Assembly (NCBI GenBank): GCA_977017645.1
Contig: OZ360236.1
Location: 18,600,001-18,664,000 of the forward strand
Reading direction: 5' to 3'
Source of the DNA: Torpedo marmorata
Lineage: Eukaryota
Length of the DNA: 64,000 bases
Each line of letters opens with the position of its first letter. The stretch's first letter is position 1. Shown piece after piece: positions 13,040-25,296 of the stretch. The notes under the pieces are model-generated. The model saw only the letters and a program-made list of their open reading frames with translations, had not been told where the DNA came from and searched no databases. The position numbers and the translations under genes are program-made.

Positions 13040-13347
13040 CTAATTGGCTGCCCAGATTGTCTCACTTTCCGAGTCTGGAACTATACCATGTTTCATTGAA
13101 TAACACTTCATCACACCAAAACATTTCATATATAATCGTGAAAGTAAATGGTTTTTGTAATCATGTTCTGACAAATCAATGTGTCTAGTCACTCTTGAGC
13201 ATTGTTCACATGGCAATTGATACATTGTCATTCTTAACAGTGATTTTTTTTTATATTGGCGATTTGACTACAAATGCCATTATAGCTGAGTTCAGCCCAA
13301 TCCTTGCCCAATTTGCACATGCTAACAAAATACATGGGAGAATCCAG

Positions 13348-13870
13348 CCTTCAATGTGAGCAGTTTTGGGCTCCTCATTTAAGAAAGGATGTGCTGACGT
13401 TGGAGAGGGTTCAGAGGATGATTCTGGGAATGAAAGGGTTATCATATGAGGAGCGTTTGACAGCTCATGGCCTGTACTCGTTGGAATTTAGGATAATTTT
13501 GGGGGATCTCATTGAAACATTTCAAACGTTGAAAGGCATGGTCAGAGTAGATGTAGAAAGGTTGTTTGCCATGGTGGGAGAATCTAGTACAAGAGGGGCG
13601 ACCGATTAAAACAGAGATGCAGAGGAATTTCTTTAGTCAGAGGGTAGTAAATCTGTGGAATTTGTTGCCACAGGTGGAATTGGAGGCCAAGTCATTGGGT
13701 GTATTTAAGGCAGAGATTGATAGGTTCTTGATTAGCCAGGGCATCAAAGGTTATGGGGAGAAGGCCGGGCAGTGAGGCTGAGTGGGAAAATGGATCAGTT
13801 TATGATGAAATGGTGGGCCTGCCTCGATGGGCTGAATGGCCTATTTCTGCTCCTATGTCTTATGGTCTTC
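13348..13870 (+). mobile_element. CR1 LINE 3' fragment
   Basis: QFWAPHLRKDVLTLERVQR...LYSLEFR..GDLIETF, FFSQRVVNLWNLLP; tail gctcctatgtcttatggtc. Confidence 0.93.
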
Positions 13871-14089
13871 AATTGAGAAGAGTGCCAGCCACCATTTCTG
13901 CTCTCCCGCTGACTTCCACGGAACCAAATGTGCAGAACGTGAATTTAACAAGTTGTTGTTGTCGTGATCTTTGCTGAATTTCTTCTCCTTACAATTTTAG
14001 AAGTTACGTGATAGGAATGTGGAGCTGAAATTTTGCCTGATTATTCTGTCCATTATCTTACACGTACTGAAATCTCTCGTTATCTCTGG

Positions 14090-14410
14090 TGAGGCAGTTT
14101 AGTGGCTAATTCTCTGGATCATTGTTCTGGAGGTATAAGTTTGAATCCTACAATGGCAGGTGAAAAGTTAAATTAACTGATACTTTCGAATTAAAAGATA
14201 GTAACACAACCATAGCAATATGGAATTATTGTAAATACCCAACTGGCTCACCAAAATCCTTTGTAGAAGAAAATCCGCCAACTACACATGGTCTACATGC
14301 AACTCTTGACCCACCAATGTGGTTGACTTTTAACCATCTATTTGGTTTGGTAACTAAAGATGGACAATAAATGCAGCCTTGCCAACTATGTTCATATCCC
14401 ACAAATAAAT
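14090..14410 (+). mobile_element. Old tRNA-derived SINE (related copies at about 21325-21640 - and 29930-30270 +)
   Basis: B-box-like agtttgaatcc and tail ggacaataaatgcagccttgcc...catatcccacaaataaat. Confidence 0.6.
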
Positions 14411-14629
14411 AATCATTATCTCAACCGACAGTATTTAATGCAACACATTTGCAATATTGAATTTATCTCAGTATCAATCCTGCCACTCACTCTACTCCAT
14501 AAATCTGTAAACATTAAAGTGTTCAAGTGCACCAGCTTTAATCAGGATGTGACAAGAGTAAACAGCACTTGTGACTTAAGTAATACTGACTTACAAGACT
14601 TCAGAGCCAACTGTCAGTTGATTTAATAA

Positions 14630-15125
14630 AATCACAGATTCGTTTAACACAGAAGTGAGTTCTTCGTCCTATTACGTCTATGCAGACCTCTTTGCCCAGA
14701 TACACTGATCCCAATTACTTGCATTAGAACCATATCCATTGATGCCTTCACTATTCAAATATCTGTCAAATGGTCTCTCAAATACAGCATCTGACTCCAC
14801 CACCTCATCTGGCAGCACATTCCAGCTATAGATCACACTCTGTGAAAATAAACTTTCCTCTCAAATCACCTTTGAAATTCCTTCCACCTTAAACCTATGT
14901 CCTCTTGTTTTTGATAGTATTACCACTGGAAAAAATATTCTAACTATCTACCCTATCTACAGTATACCTCTTGTAATTGTATAATACCTTTATCAAATAA
15001 TCGCTTACTCTCCTTAGTTGCAGGGTAAACAATTTCCACCTATTCAATCTCTCCCTGTAACTAAAGTCTTCAAATCCAGGCAACATCTGGTGAATCTCCT
15101 CTGCACTCTCTCCAGCATGTTTTCC
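14630..15125 (-). mobile_element. Decayed CR1 3' fragment (different subfamily)
   Basis: Reverse strand gives LESAEEIHQMLPG..SYRERLNR..LFTLQLRR-like remnants and a CR1 tail. Confidence 0.75.
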
Positions 15126-15139
15126 ACCCATTTACCCAT

Positions 15140-16308
15140 TCACTCATTGAAACATTTAAAATGTTGAAAGGCATGCATAGGATAGATGTAGAAAAGTTGT
15201 TTCCCATGTTGGGAGAGTGTAGGACAAGAGGGCACAACTTCAGGACTGAAGGGCGTCTGCTTAGAACAGAGATAAGACCATGAGACCATAAGACATAGGA
15301 GCAGAAATAGGCTATTCAGCCCATCGAGTCTGCCCCGCCATTTAATCATGAGCTGATCCATTTCCACACTCAGCCCCACTGCCTGGCCTTCTCCTCATAA
15401 CTTTTGATGCCCTGGCTAATCAAGAACCTATCAATCTCTGTCTTAAATACACCCTATGACCTGGCCTCCACAACCACCTGTGGCAACAAATTCCACAGAT
15501 GTTCCACCCTCTGGCTGAAGAAATTCCTGCGCATTTATGTTCTAAATGGATGCCCTTTAATCCTGAAGTTGTGCCCTCTTGCCCTTGACTCTCCTACCAT
15601 GGGAAACAACCTTTCTACATCTACTCTCTTCATGCTTTTCAACATTCAAAATGTTTCAATGAGATCCCCCCTTATTCTCCTAAATTCCAACGAATACAGG
15701 CCATCAACTGCTCCTCATATGATAATCCTTTCACTCCCCGAATCATCCTAGTGAACCTCCTTTGAACCCTCTCCAACGTCAGCACATCTTTTCTTAAATG
15801 AGGAGCCCAAAACTGCTCACAATACTCCGTGAGGTCTCACCAATGCCTTATAAAGCCTCAACATCACATCCCTGCTCTTATATTCTATTCCTCTTGAAAT
15901 GAATGCCAGCATTCCATTTGCCTTCTTCATCACCATCTCAACGTGCAAGTTTACCTTCAGGCTATTCTGCACAAGGACTCCCAGGACCCTTTGCATCAGG
16001 GTATTTTCAATTTTCTCCCCATTTAAAAAATACTCTGCCCGTTTATTTTTTCTACCACTTCAGAGGAATTTCTTCAGCCAGAGGGTGGTAAATCTGTGGA
16101 ATTTGTTGCCACAGGCAGTTGTGGAGGTCAGGTCATTGGGTGTATTTAAGGCAGAAATTGATAGGTTCTTGTTTGGCCAGGGCATCAAAGATTATGGGGA
16201 GAAGGCCGGGCAGTGGGGCTGAGTGGGAAAATGGATCAGCTCATGATTAAATGGCAAGGCAGACTTGATGGGCTGAATAGCCTATTTCTGCTCCTATGTC
16301 TTATGGTC
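15140..16308. mobile_element. Plus-strand CR1 3' end (15140-15273 and 16061-16308) interrupted by an antisense CR1 of the same family (about 15274-16058)
   Basis: The plus copy breaks at agaacagagat|...|cagaggaatt, which is contiguous in the 28521 copy; the insert is a reverse-complement CR1 with an (agaccat)n tail. Confidence 0.9.
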
Positions 16309-16376
16309 ATTCCCCACCGCAACTCAACTGGAACTTTGCTGGTTGAGAAAGCACCAGAAAACCACAGGCACCTTAC

Positions 16377-16491
16377 CGAGAGTTAATTAGACTGAGTGCT
16401 TTCAGTGCATGTGTCAGCCACAGGTCAGTCAGAGCCTCCATGTCTGCCCGCAGCTGCAGCCACCCTTCTCTCTTGGGTGTCCCGATTAAAC
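16377..16491 (-). CDS. EYA2: EYA2 exon ([39 protein letters not shown])
   Basis: attgaacag|GT...CG|gtaagg; 115 nt; GLIGTPKRE and LTDLWLTH are EYA2-type. Confidence 0.97.
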
Positions 16492-16998
16492 CTGTTCAAT
16501 GACACAGAACCAAGTCATAATGCAATATTGCCGGTAACAATAGCACGTTGTGGCTACATAGTTCTCAAGCCGAGACTAACCAAAAAAATGCCTTGGAAAA
16601 AAATAACAGTTCGGCATTTACCCAACACCGGTACAAAGTTTGATGCAGGTTCACCAGTAAAAATAATGCAGACAGTGTCAGCGGTCAGGAATTACTGCAC
16701 GAAATAAATTCATCAAAAATAATGGGTGGTTCATTGACAATTAACCCAGAAATGGCCCTGTATCATATCCTGTGGGGTTTGTTTTTTTTATTACCTTTCC
16801 CTCTTTGCTTTGAGAGCAGTTTCTTCTTTGAGACTGACAAGAAGTATTTTTATCTTGGATATTAGATTTGTCAGATTTACTATAACTGAAAAGACTCCTT
16901 TCGAAGCGTTTTGCAGTGGAACTGTCATCATGTGGCAGTGCATTTCAACATCTTTTGATACGATGGCTTTTGGAAGACATCAAATTGCATATACTTGC

Positions 16999-17159
16999 CC
17001 CCAACGTTGTTTTTGTAGGTGTTGTACATTTCTTTTACTCGACGGTAGCGGAATGCCAACTTCCTCATCCAGTCTACACCCCCGTGCACACCAGAGCCTA
17101 TGCAAAGGTTTCCACCAACTGCGGCTGTTTGGAAACCATCTGTTGCAAAGTTATATGTG
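16999..17159 (-). CDS. EYA2: EYA2 exon ([54 protein letters not shown])
   Basis: ctcccacacag|C...GGG G|gcaagt; 161 nt with a GC donor; conserved [15 protein letters not shown]. Confidence 0.96.
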
Positions 17160-17275
17160 CTGTGTGGGAGGAGAGAGGAAGACTGTTAGTAGCATTAGTT
17201 CCATTAATTAGTACATAGCTGAAACACTGAAGAATTATACAGCTCATGTGGGATTTATTTTCAAGATGAGCTCAC

Positions 17276-17334
17276 CTCAGATCCTGGCCATTGTCATCTG
17301 AAGACACATCATCAATGTGGACCTGGTCACACTC
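17276..17334 (-). CDS. EYA2: EYA2 exon ([20 protein letters not shown])
   Basis: tttcag|GAG...AG|gtgagc; 59 nt. Confidence 0.96.
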
Positions 17335-18179
17335 CTGAAAAAATATAATTAAAACTAAAACTCTGGAGTTTAAGTATACTGTATATACTCATCACCAAAT
17401 TGTCTGCAGTGGAGCATTTTCCCATGAAAAGATTGTTTCCTGAAACAGTTGGGGATAAGAATATGGAATCAGATGTTATATCAAACTCCAGAAAAAAAAT
17501 GATTTTAACCTTTAACCTCAGACCAATATCTACATTCTGTCCCACTTAATTGTATTCTCTGAAGGCACTGAGGTCAAAGTTGAAATCCATGTTGGCTTTT
17601 AGTACTCTTACGAGCAAGATCATGGTCTGAACAAAAGAATGGTGTTGGAAAATACAGCTAATTGTTTAGTGGTTCTGTCAAGGTTCTGTATTTTTACTTT
17701 ATCGGGAAAAGTTTCTGTAAATTCCTTTTGCAGATGTTGGTGGTAAATGCGCAGACTTTGAAAGCTGCAATGTCCGTTCCTGTTCAGTTGCTTGGATAGA
17801 GTCTGCCACAGCTTTGCACGTGTGTTATAGTTTGAAGTGTCATTGGTCAACTGTCAATCTCAAATGAGCTTCATTCAGCAGCGAGCGATTGGGTTACTGT
17901 TTCACTTTTGTCTTGAAAAGTTAGAAAATATAAAATGGTCTTGACAGAAATTGCTTGCTTTTAAAATAAATACATAGGCACTGATGGGCTTGCTGATTTA
18001 CTGCTTTTCGCAAGTGAACCAATGAGGGTAGCAAGGAACAAAACTGAAAGGAATGATCCTGTTCTGCTTCAACATTGCCGAAGGAACAAAACTGAAGCAG
18101 CACTCCTCACCGAGAGGCAACTGGACAGTAATCCAGCCTTGGGAGATAAAATGGGGAGAATGGAAACAATAGAACAATG

Positions 18180-18450
18180 ACAATATCTAGTTTTGTAGCA
18201 TCTTTAATGGAACAAAACATCCCAAGATACTTAACAGGAATGCAATCAACCAAAAAAAAATGACATCGAGTCACACAAGTGACCATGACCAAAAGCTCAG
18301 ACACAAACTTCTAAATGAGAGTCATGTTGAGAGGCAGCAATGTTTAAGGATGGAATGCAAAAGTTTTAGGGTCTTGGCAGCTGAAGGCACCACCATCAAC
18401 ACAGGGGTGATTAAAATCAGGAGTAAGCAAGAGGCCAGAATTAAAGGAGC
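18180..18450 (-). mobile_element. Old L2-like LINE 3' remnant (related fragment at about 1440-1700)
   Basis: Degenerate shared motif catcccaag..cttaacagga...gaccaaaagct...tagggtcttggcagctgaaggc. Confidence 0.5.
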
Positions 18451-19364
18451 TTAGTTTTCAGTGCAGAAAAAAGGAGGGCAGGCAAGACAGCAGTGGGCTT
18501 ACAACACAAATAAATAATGGAATGTTATACATGCCTGTGAATGCCAGCTTGTTTCCCCAATTCAGAAATAGTAAATTATTTCCTAACATAATATTATAAA
18601 ATCAAATATGCTTGATATTCTCTTCCAGAATCTACCCCTGACAGCCTATTTTATATGTTGAATCTTGTCTCAACAGCATGCCAGTGCAAAGGAAAGGCAA
18701 TGTTTTCGACAATGTCTGCATCAACCACTCCCAGATCACATACTCTGTTACTGACATGTACAGTAAAGCTTCTGTTTTGCTTTTGTCTTGATTCCAACTT
18801 TAGAGATTCACTTCTTTATGCAGGTTGTCCACTTCTCAAACCTGTTCCCTATTTCAGTTTTCAATTTTAGTGGCAAATATGGATTAATCTGCACTGTATT
18901 AGAGCCACTGACAGCCTGGAACTCATTTTCTAAAAGATTGTTACAGGGGGGAGGGAGGAAACTTTAATCCTTTCAGTCTGGGTTGCAATCAAACACAGGT
19001 CCCAAAGGTGAAAGAGAGTGTTCTACACACTGAGCCACCATGTCCCATAAACCTTCAGCATTTTTTTAAATGACTGTAGCTTTCCCTAAATCTGATACCT
19101 TCAGAAGCAAGGATGTGACCTTTTGCACATGCCAGTAAAATAACTGCAACCATTTTCATTATAAATCAAACTATGACAAGAGTTCACAACAGTTAATAGA
19201 GTTAGTGAAAACTCTGTGAAATTGAAACTTGTACTGTAACGGCTACCTTAAGTCTAGCTTGGTTTGTGATCGCAGGGATTCAGAAATTCAAATGCTGCAG
19301 AGCCTGGCCCAACAATAACACTTGGGTTGACATTGCAAGACATTTCATGATCCGAATTAACATC

Positions 19365-20234
19365 TCAAGATTCAAGATTCAAGATTCAATTTATTGTCAT
19401 AGTAATAAGACAGTGTCATATTCCATGAAATTTCTTTTTGCCTGCTACAAGGCAGACAGATTCGCCACCGGCAGAAATTGCCTAAGCGCCTCTTACATTC
19501 CTAACAGTCAGAGAAAGAGAAGCAAAAGGGAGTCCCCCCCAGAGTCACCGAGTGTACGTAGATTCGCCTCCAGCGCTTCCGCAGCCTCCGCAGCCACACA
19601 GAGTCCAGTCCAAACGATCGGCATCCCGAGCTCCAGATCCGAACCTCCAACACGGTCAGGTCGCCCTCGGCACCCCCTTGCATCCCGGTTCCGATACCTG
19701 GTACTCTTCCAGCCAGTTCGAGCCAGCCTCCAGCAGTCCGCAGCCCGGCGTGAGTCCCCCGACAGAAGTCTCCAGCAGCCCACAGCCTCCGCAGGTTCCT
19801 CGCCTCGAGTCGCCAGCAGCCCGCCGCATGCACTAGTCCTTCAGCCTAAGAGCCCCTCACCGGTCCGCCGCCGTGGTCACCGTCCTGTGGGTCGTCTCCT
19901 CCGCTTCTCCTTCTCAGATGGGGGGGTGATCTTCCCGTCCTCTGGTGCCCTGCTCCAGTCCTCCGCTTCCCCGGAGTCTGCAGCCCCTCGCGGCTGCTGC
20001 CGGTTAAAGGCGCTGCCATCGTGGGCGCAGACCCCGCGGTCGCGGGATCTCAAATAAAACCACCGTCGGCTCCTTTAACGGGCCGTTCAAAGCCCGTGCG
20101 GAACCGACGGCAGTCGACTGGGCGGCTGGACCCTGCGGGAGTGCTGTATCTCCGCTCCCACGCTCCCCGCGGGTCCACACCAGCCGTAGCGCTGCCGTTA
20201 CAGCGGCTCCGGCAGCGCCGCCATTGCCTCTTCC
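19365..20234 (-). mobile_element. Near full-length GC-rich non-autonomous retroposon (about 870 bp) with (AATCTTG)n tail
   Basis: Collinear with 26538-27288 and 63061-63881; sense strand begins near ATGGCGGCG and ends atgacaataaattg(aatcttg)n; no RT or tRNA head seen. Confidence 0.9.
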
Positions 20235-20585
20235 CACTGTAGCATTGTTTTGTTCAAATGCTCAGAGCAGAGCCTTAAAATATCAAAACCTCAAGATCAC
20301 ACACTCGTTAAGAACCTGCCACAATTAATTCCTGTTGCACTTCTAAGCACGTTCAATGACATTTAAAGTAACTGTCCCCTTGATCACTGGCATTCAATGC
20401 ATTACCCTCTAACCAGCAGGTGTCTCCATTAACATTGAAAAGTTCTGATTTTATTGCACTGACTGATTGAGTGTGGGAAAAGGCCTCTGTGAGGGTTAAT
20501 TATCCATCCTCATTGACACAACCCTGGCCGAAAAGCAATGAAAGTTATCCTTTGGGGAATCTTGAGAGAGCAACTAGTTTTCGAG

Positions 20586-20734
20586 AGTAAAACACGAAAG
20601 TCTGCAGACACCATGATCGAAGTAAAAACACAATGCTGGAGAAACTCAGGTCAAACAGTGCACTTCATACAACGAAGATAAAGACACATAATCAACGTTT
20701 CGGGCTTGAGTCCTTCATCAAATTCAGTTTTCAT
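20586..20734 (-). mobile_element. Solo Penelope terminal unit with hammerhead-like motif
   Basis: 15-bp TSD caactagttttcgag (20571-20585, 20735-20749); sense ttgatgaaggactcaagcccgaaacgttg. Confidence 0.9.
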
Positions 20735-20800
20735 CAACTAGTTTTCGAGCTTGGATTTCTTAAATGTTTTTATTTACTTGTTCACGGGATATGGATTTTG

Positions 20801-21322
20801 CAGGGAAGCGTGGATCTCCCTGTGGCCGCCCATTTCAATTCCCCATCCCATTCCCTTGCTGACATGTCTGCCCATTTCTGACATGTCTGCCCATGGTCTC
20901 ATGCACTGCCAGACTGAGAGCACCTGCAAATTGCAAGGAACAACACCTCATCTTCGTCTGGGCACCCTCCAACAGGATGGCATTAACATCGACTTCTCTG
21001 ATTTCCATTAAACCTCCCCCCCCTTTCTTTTTCTCCGTGTGGCCTTTCTCCCAGCTTGCTCTCTCTCTCTTTCTCTTTTTCCCTCTGTCTCCCTTCACAA
21101 ATCTAAAATCAATTCTCACATTTTCTCTTATCATATCCAATTAACACCTTTTGTTGGTCTGGACTCCTCCCCCATCCTGTCCAGTCTCTTTATTCTTACG
21201 CTTTCCTGGTCTCTGCTTATTCCTTGAAGAAGGGCTCAGGCCCAAAATGTCAGTAATATATCTTTACCTCCTATGGACGCTGCGAGATCGACTGAGTTCC
21301 TCCGCATTTCTGTATGTTTTTG
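20801..21322 (+). mobile_element. Penelope-like 3' fragment (endonuclease C-terminus and terminal repeat)
   Basis: SVDLPVAAHFNSPSHS..MSAHGL..RLGTLQQDGINIDFS; ttgaagaagggctcaggccc motif. Confidence 0.9.
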
Positions 21323-21878
21323 CCAACGTTTATTGCCCATTCCTTATTATCCATTGAAGTGAATATGAGGTCATTTAAAAATCAGCATATTTGGTGAGTC
21401 TGGGAAGAACAGCTGATTTCCTTCCCTGAAGAGCATTGGTGAACCAGATGTTTTAAAAAAAAATCATAACACAGTAGTTTCACAGTTACCATTACCAGCT
21501 TTTTATTCCAGGTTTATTTAATTAGCTGGATTTAAATTCCCCAACTACCTTGGTGGGATTTGATCTTCTTTTTCCAAGTCAATAGCCAAGGCCCCTCAAC
21601 ATCAGTCCAGTAATCTAACAATTATGCTTCTGTGCCCACACTAGAGCTTCTGTATCGCACTACCTTTTCAGTAGAGGTAATTCTCACTGCTCCAATCAGT
21701 ATGGGTCAATCGTCTGAGGCCTTATGAAACAAAACATTTTTAGCCATACGTTGATTCACTTTTACATGCTACTGGAAAATGTTAATGATTATTGTGCAAA
21801 AACATTATCTCCCTCTTCTGAGTCAGTCCCTCGTGATTGAGAAGGGCTCATTTCCATTCCAGTTCTATGGATTTTGAG

Positions 21879-22128
21879 CAAAAACACAATGCTGGAGAAA
21901 CTCAGCAGGTCAAACAGGGTACTTTATATAACAAAGATAAAGATACATAACCGACGTTTCGGGTTTGAGCTCTTCATCAAGGTATGGAAAAATGTCGGCA
22001 GGTGCCCGAACAAAAAGGTAAGGGGGGAGGGGTGGGGGGAGGAGCACGGTCCCAAGGTAGGATGTAATAGGTGGAGAAGGGAGGGAAGGCACAGCAGCAA
22101 GCAGGGAGAGGAGGGATGGCTAGGTGAA
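21879..22128 (-). mobile_element. Penelope-like 3' terminal fragment
   Basis: Matches 7750-7985 including gacgtttcggg..gagc.cttcatcaa. Confidence 0.85.
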
Positions 22129-22257
22129 TAGATACTGAGGTGGCTGATGATGAGTCCGATGTGGGGCCTGCATACTTTGCCTCAGCTGAAACTGAATGAC
22201 AGGCTTGAGGTGGGGAGGGTGGGTTGAATGGCTTGGACGGTGATGTATGCCTTACAC

Positions 22258-22409
22258 GAGTGGTTCTCAAACTTTTTTTTCCACTCACATACCACCTTAA
22301 GTAATCACTTACTAACCACAGAGCATCTATGGCATAGGTGCTCTGTGGTTAGTAAGGGATTACTTAACGTGGTATGTGAGTGGGGGAATAAAAAGGTTGA
22401 GAGCCACTG
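22258..22409. mobile_element. Palindromic hAT (Charlie-like) MITE
   Basis: Whole element is a near-perfect hairpin centred near ctatggcatag; perfect 8-bp TSD ccttacac. Confidence 0.95.
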
Positions 22410-22689
22410 CCTTACACCATTTACATTTGGCAGCTCTGTGCACAGACATAAGTTCTCAATACCATCCATTTTGAGTGTCATTGGTCAGAGATCCTAACAG
22501 GTGGTGGGATTAAATTGGAGCAAGACACAAAGTGCTGGGGGAACTCAGCAGGCCAGGTAGCATGCATGGAGAGCAATAGATAGTCAACACTTCGGGCTGA
22601 AAGCACTTCTGCAGGAAAGGAAATCCTCTATTTTCCAAAACCATTACTTGTGCCTTTTGTCTGTGGAATAAACAGAGGAGTCTACCCTA

Positions 22690-23123
22690 CAGGACGGTGA
22701 CCACAGCAGCGGACCAGCGAGGGGCTCAGCGGCTGAAGGATCCGCACAAGCTGCGGGCGACTTGCGGTCGGGGGACCCGCTCGGGCTGCGGGCTGCTGGA
22801 GACTGGCTCATGGGAACTGGGTATCGGAGCTGGGTTTCGAGAGGGTGCTGAGGGCAAGAAGGGCTCCTGAAGGGCCTCGGATGCTGAAGGTATCCTGATC
22901 GGGTCAGAGGTTTGGATCTGGAGCTCAGGTTGCTGATGAATCAAACTCACTCAGTGACTCTGAAATGACTCTCATTTGCTTCTCTTCCTCTCGTACTGTA
23001 AGGAGTACCAGGCGATACTAATGGTGACCCTTTCACTGCCTTACGGCAGGCAGAAGGCAATTTTGTGTAATTTAATAGTACAGAACATGTAACATGACAA
23101 TATAGGAATCTTGAATCTTGAAT
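22690..23123 (+). mobile_element. Diverged subfamily copy of the GC-rich retroposon
   Basis: ggatctggagctc, ttgcttctct, ctgccttacggcagg, catgacaat..gaatcttgaatcttg; collinear with 33700-34148. Confidence 0.85.
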
Positions 23124-23827
23124 TAATCTTGTACCTGTTGTGGTTTTTTGTGAACACTTTTTTTTGTCAATCTAAAATGGCGCCAGAGTATGGTGCCTTC
23201 TTGTGAGTTGCTTGTGTGGCACATTAGACGAACTTTTTCACTGTATCTCAGTACATGTGATAATAAACAATTCAATTCCCCAAGGTTTGATTGTCTGCCT
23301 ACACATAATACGTTTTCTTCCCTCAATCGTGGACTGAGACTCTGAGAACAAATGACGTGTCCAAATCACACCAATCAACACACTGTTAGAATGTTGTGTG
23401 GTCTTCAACTATTTGAAAGTTGGCCCACCTGTGCTCTCTGGGTATTTTGTTTTCACTGCTTTCCATAAATGTTCTTATAGATTTATTGTTGGGCAAAAAT
23501 AATGAACAAAGTACCCTACTGTTCTGAAAAGTCCTAACTTTTAGAGTTTAAGCATTTATACATTTTAAAGTTTCCACCAGTAGCTCCGAAATTAAGGCTC
23601 TGGACTCAAAAATGCAAAACGTTTAAGCTTTAATTTAAAAAAAAAAGCAAAAAGGAAGGACTTTCATTTATTTTGCACCTTTCACATCGTTTTCAGGATG
23701 TCCCAAAGAGTCTTGCCATCAATGAAGCATTTTTGATGTGCATTTGCGTTTGTTATGCAAGAGAAGCAGCTGCCAATTTGCAGCCAGGAAGCTCCCAAGC
23801 AATGTGATAGTGACCAGATAATTTCAT

Positions 23828-24100
23828 TTTAAAATTATAAATTTTTAAATTAAAAATTTTTAAATTTAAATATACAGCACGGTAACAGGCCATTTCGGCC
23901 CACGAGCCAGAGCCACTCAATTGACCTACAATCCTGGGACATTTTGAACGGTGGGAGGAAACCAGAGCACCTGGAGGAAACCCACACAGACACGGGGAGA
24001 ACTTACAAACTCCTTACAGACAGCGCTGGATTCTAACCCCAAACCTAATCGCTGGCACTGTTACAGCGTTGCACTAACTGCTACGCTAACTGTGTCACCC
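23828..24100 (-). mobile_element. tRNA-derived V-SINE
   Basis: Reverse complement of the family exemplified at 34465-34740. Confidence 0.92.
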
Positions 24101-24825
24101 CTCTCAGAAAAGTTGAAAGAGGGCCCAGAGTTGGTCAGTACGGCTTTGCTTTTGTTCAAATTAGTGCCAGTTATTAAAGCAAACAGAGCCTCAGTTTAAC
24201 AGTTCAGTCGAAAGTCCACAGCTCCCACAGTTTAGTATTCCCTCAATACTGCACTGAGTCTAGATTTTCAAGCTCAGGGCTTTGGGGTAGGGGTTGAATC
24301 CATGACTCAGAGGTTGGTGCCAACTGAGCCAGAGTTGACACACACCAGGTTTTAAGTCTGAGACACAAACTTATATTCTAACCATGGGTTAACTTTTATA
24401 ACGGTGTGCAGGCAAGACGTTCTCAGCTAAATTCCAATTGTAGAACAGGTAGATTAATCAGATAACCACTATCCAACTCCAATAAGTGGATTGACTGCAA
24501 CAGTTCATCAATGCTATTTTGGTGGCTATTTCCATATTGCGATACAGATCATATTGCAACATGATCATGTGAACAGAATAGTCTTCACACCACCCTACCT
24601 GCCCCACAACTTCCCCAACCTGTGTCTAGAATTCACATTGTAATCCAGACTGCAATATAAATCACCCATTGTTGATGCGTGACTAAATGTGGGAGAGGTA
24701 CATATGCACTGTGGAGACTCAAGGAGAAAGCAAACTCACTACTGAGGGCAATGAAGAATGGGAAAATAGACAGTTTGTCTGCATCCCCAGATCCCATGAA
24801 CAAACAGAATAACCATGGTTTATAG

Positions 24826-25296
24826 CAGCCATACTCAACCTTTCTTTGGCTATGGCCTCCTTAGGACTCTACTCAAAGTTTATGGGTCCCTTCCCTGTGA
24901 AGCAGTCAAGTTTATTTTTAAATTAAAAAAAATTAATTTAAAAAAAATTAGACAGGCCCTTTCGGTCCATGAGCCCGTGCCGCCCAATTACACCCAATTA
25001 TCCTACAACCCCGCTACATTCTTTTTTTGGAAGGTGGGAGTTAACCGGAGCACCTGGACGAAACCCACGCAGACACGGGGAGAACGAACAAACTCCTTAC
25101 AGGCAGCGTTGGATTCGAACTCCGGTCGCTGGCACTGTAACAGCGTTGCGCTAGCTGCGATGCTAACCGTTAGTTGGTGTCTTCCATACTTCTCTTTTAC
25201 CGACTACATAAAAAACATAAAATATATTTTATGATATCAGTCCGTGGCCCCCCCTTAGATGTGCTGTGACCCCCAGGAGGCTGTTGAGAATAGCTG
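24826..25296. mobile_element. hAT MITE (cagccattctcaac family) with a nested minus-strand V-SINE (about 24913-25170)
   Basis: TIRs cagccatactcaac/gttgagaatagctg; perfect TSD gtttatag. Confidence 0.92.

Noticed and set aside
19266-20057. Long ORFs of 199-263 aa here and at 26495-27334, and shorter ones near 63097
   Set aside because: Shadow ORFs of a GC-rich repeat: open on both strands, low complexity, frames not conserved between copies.
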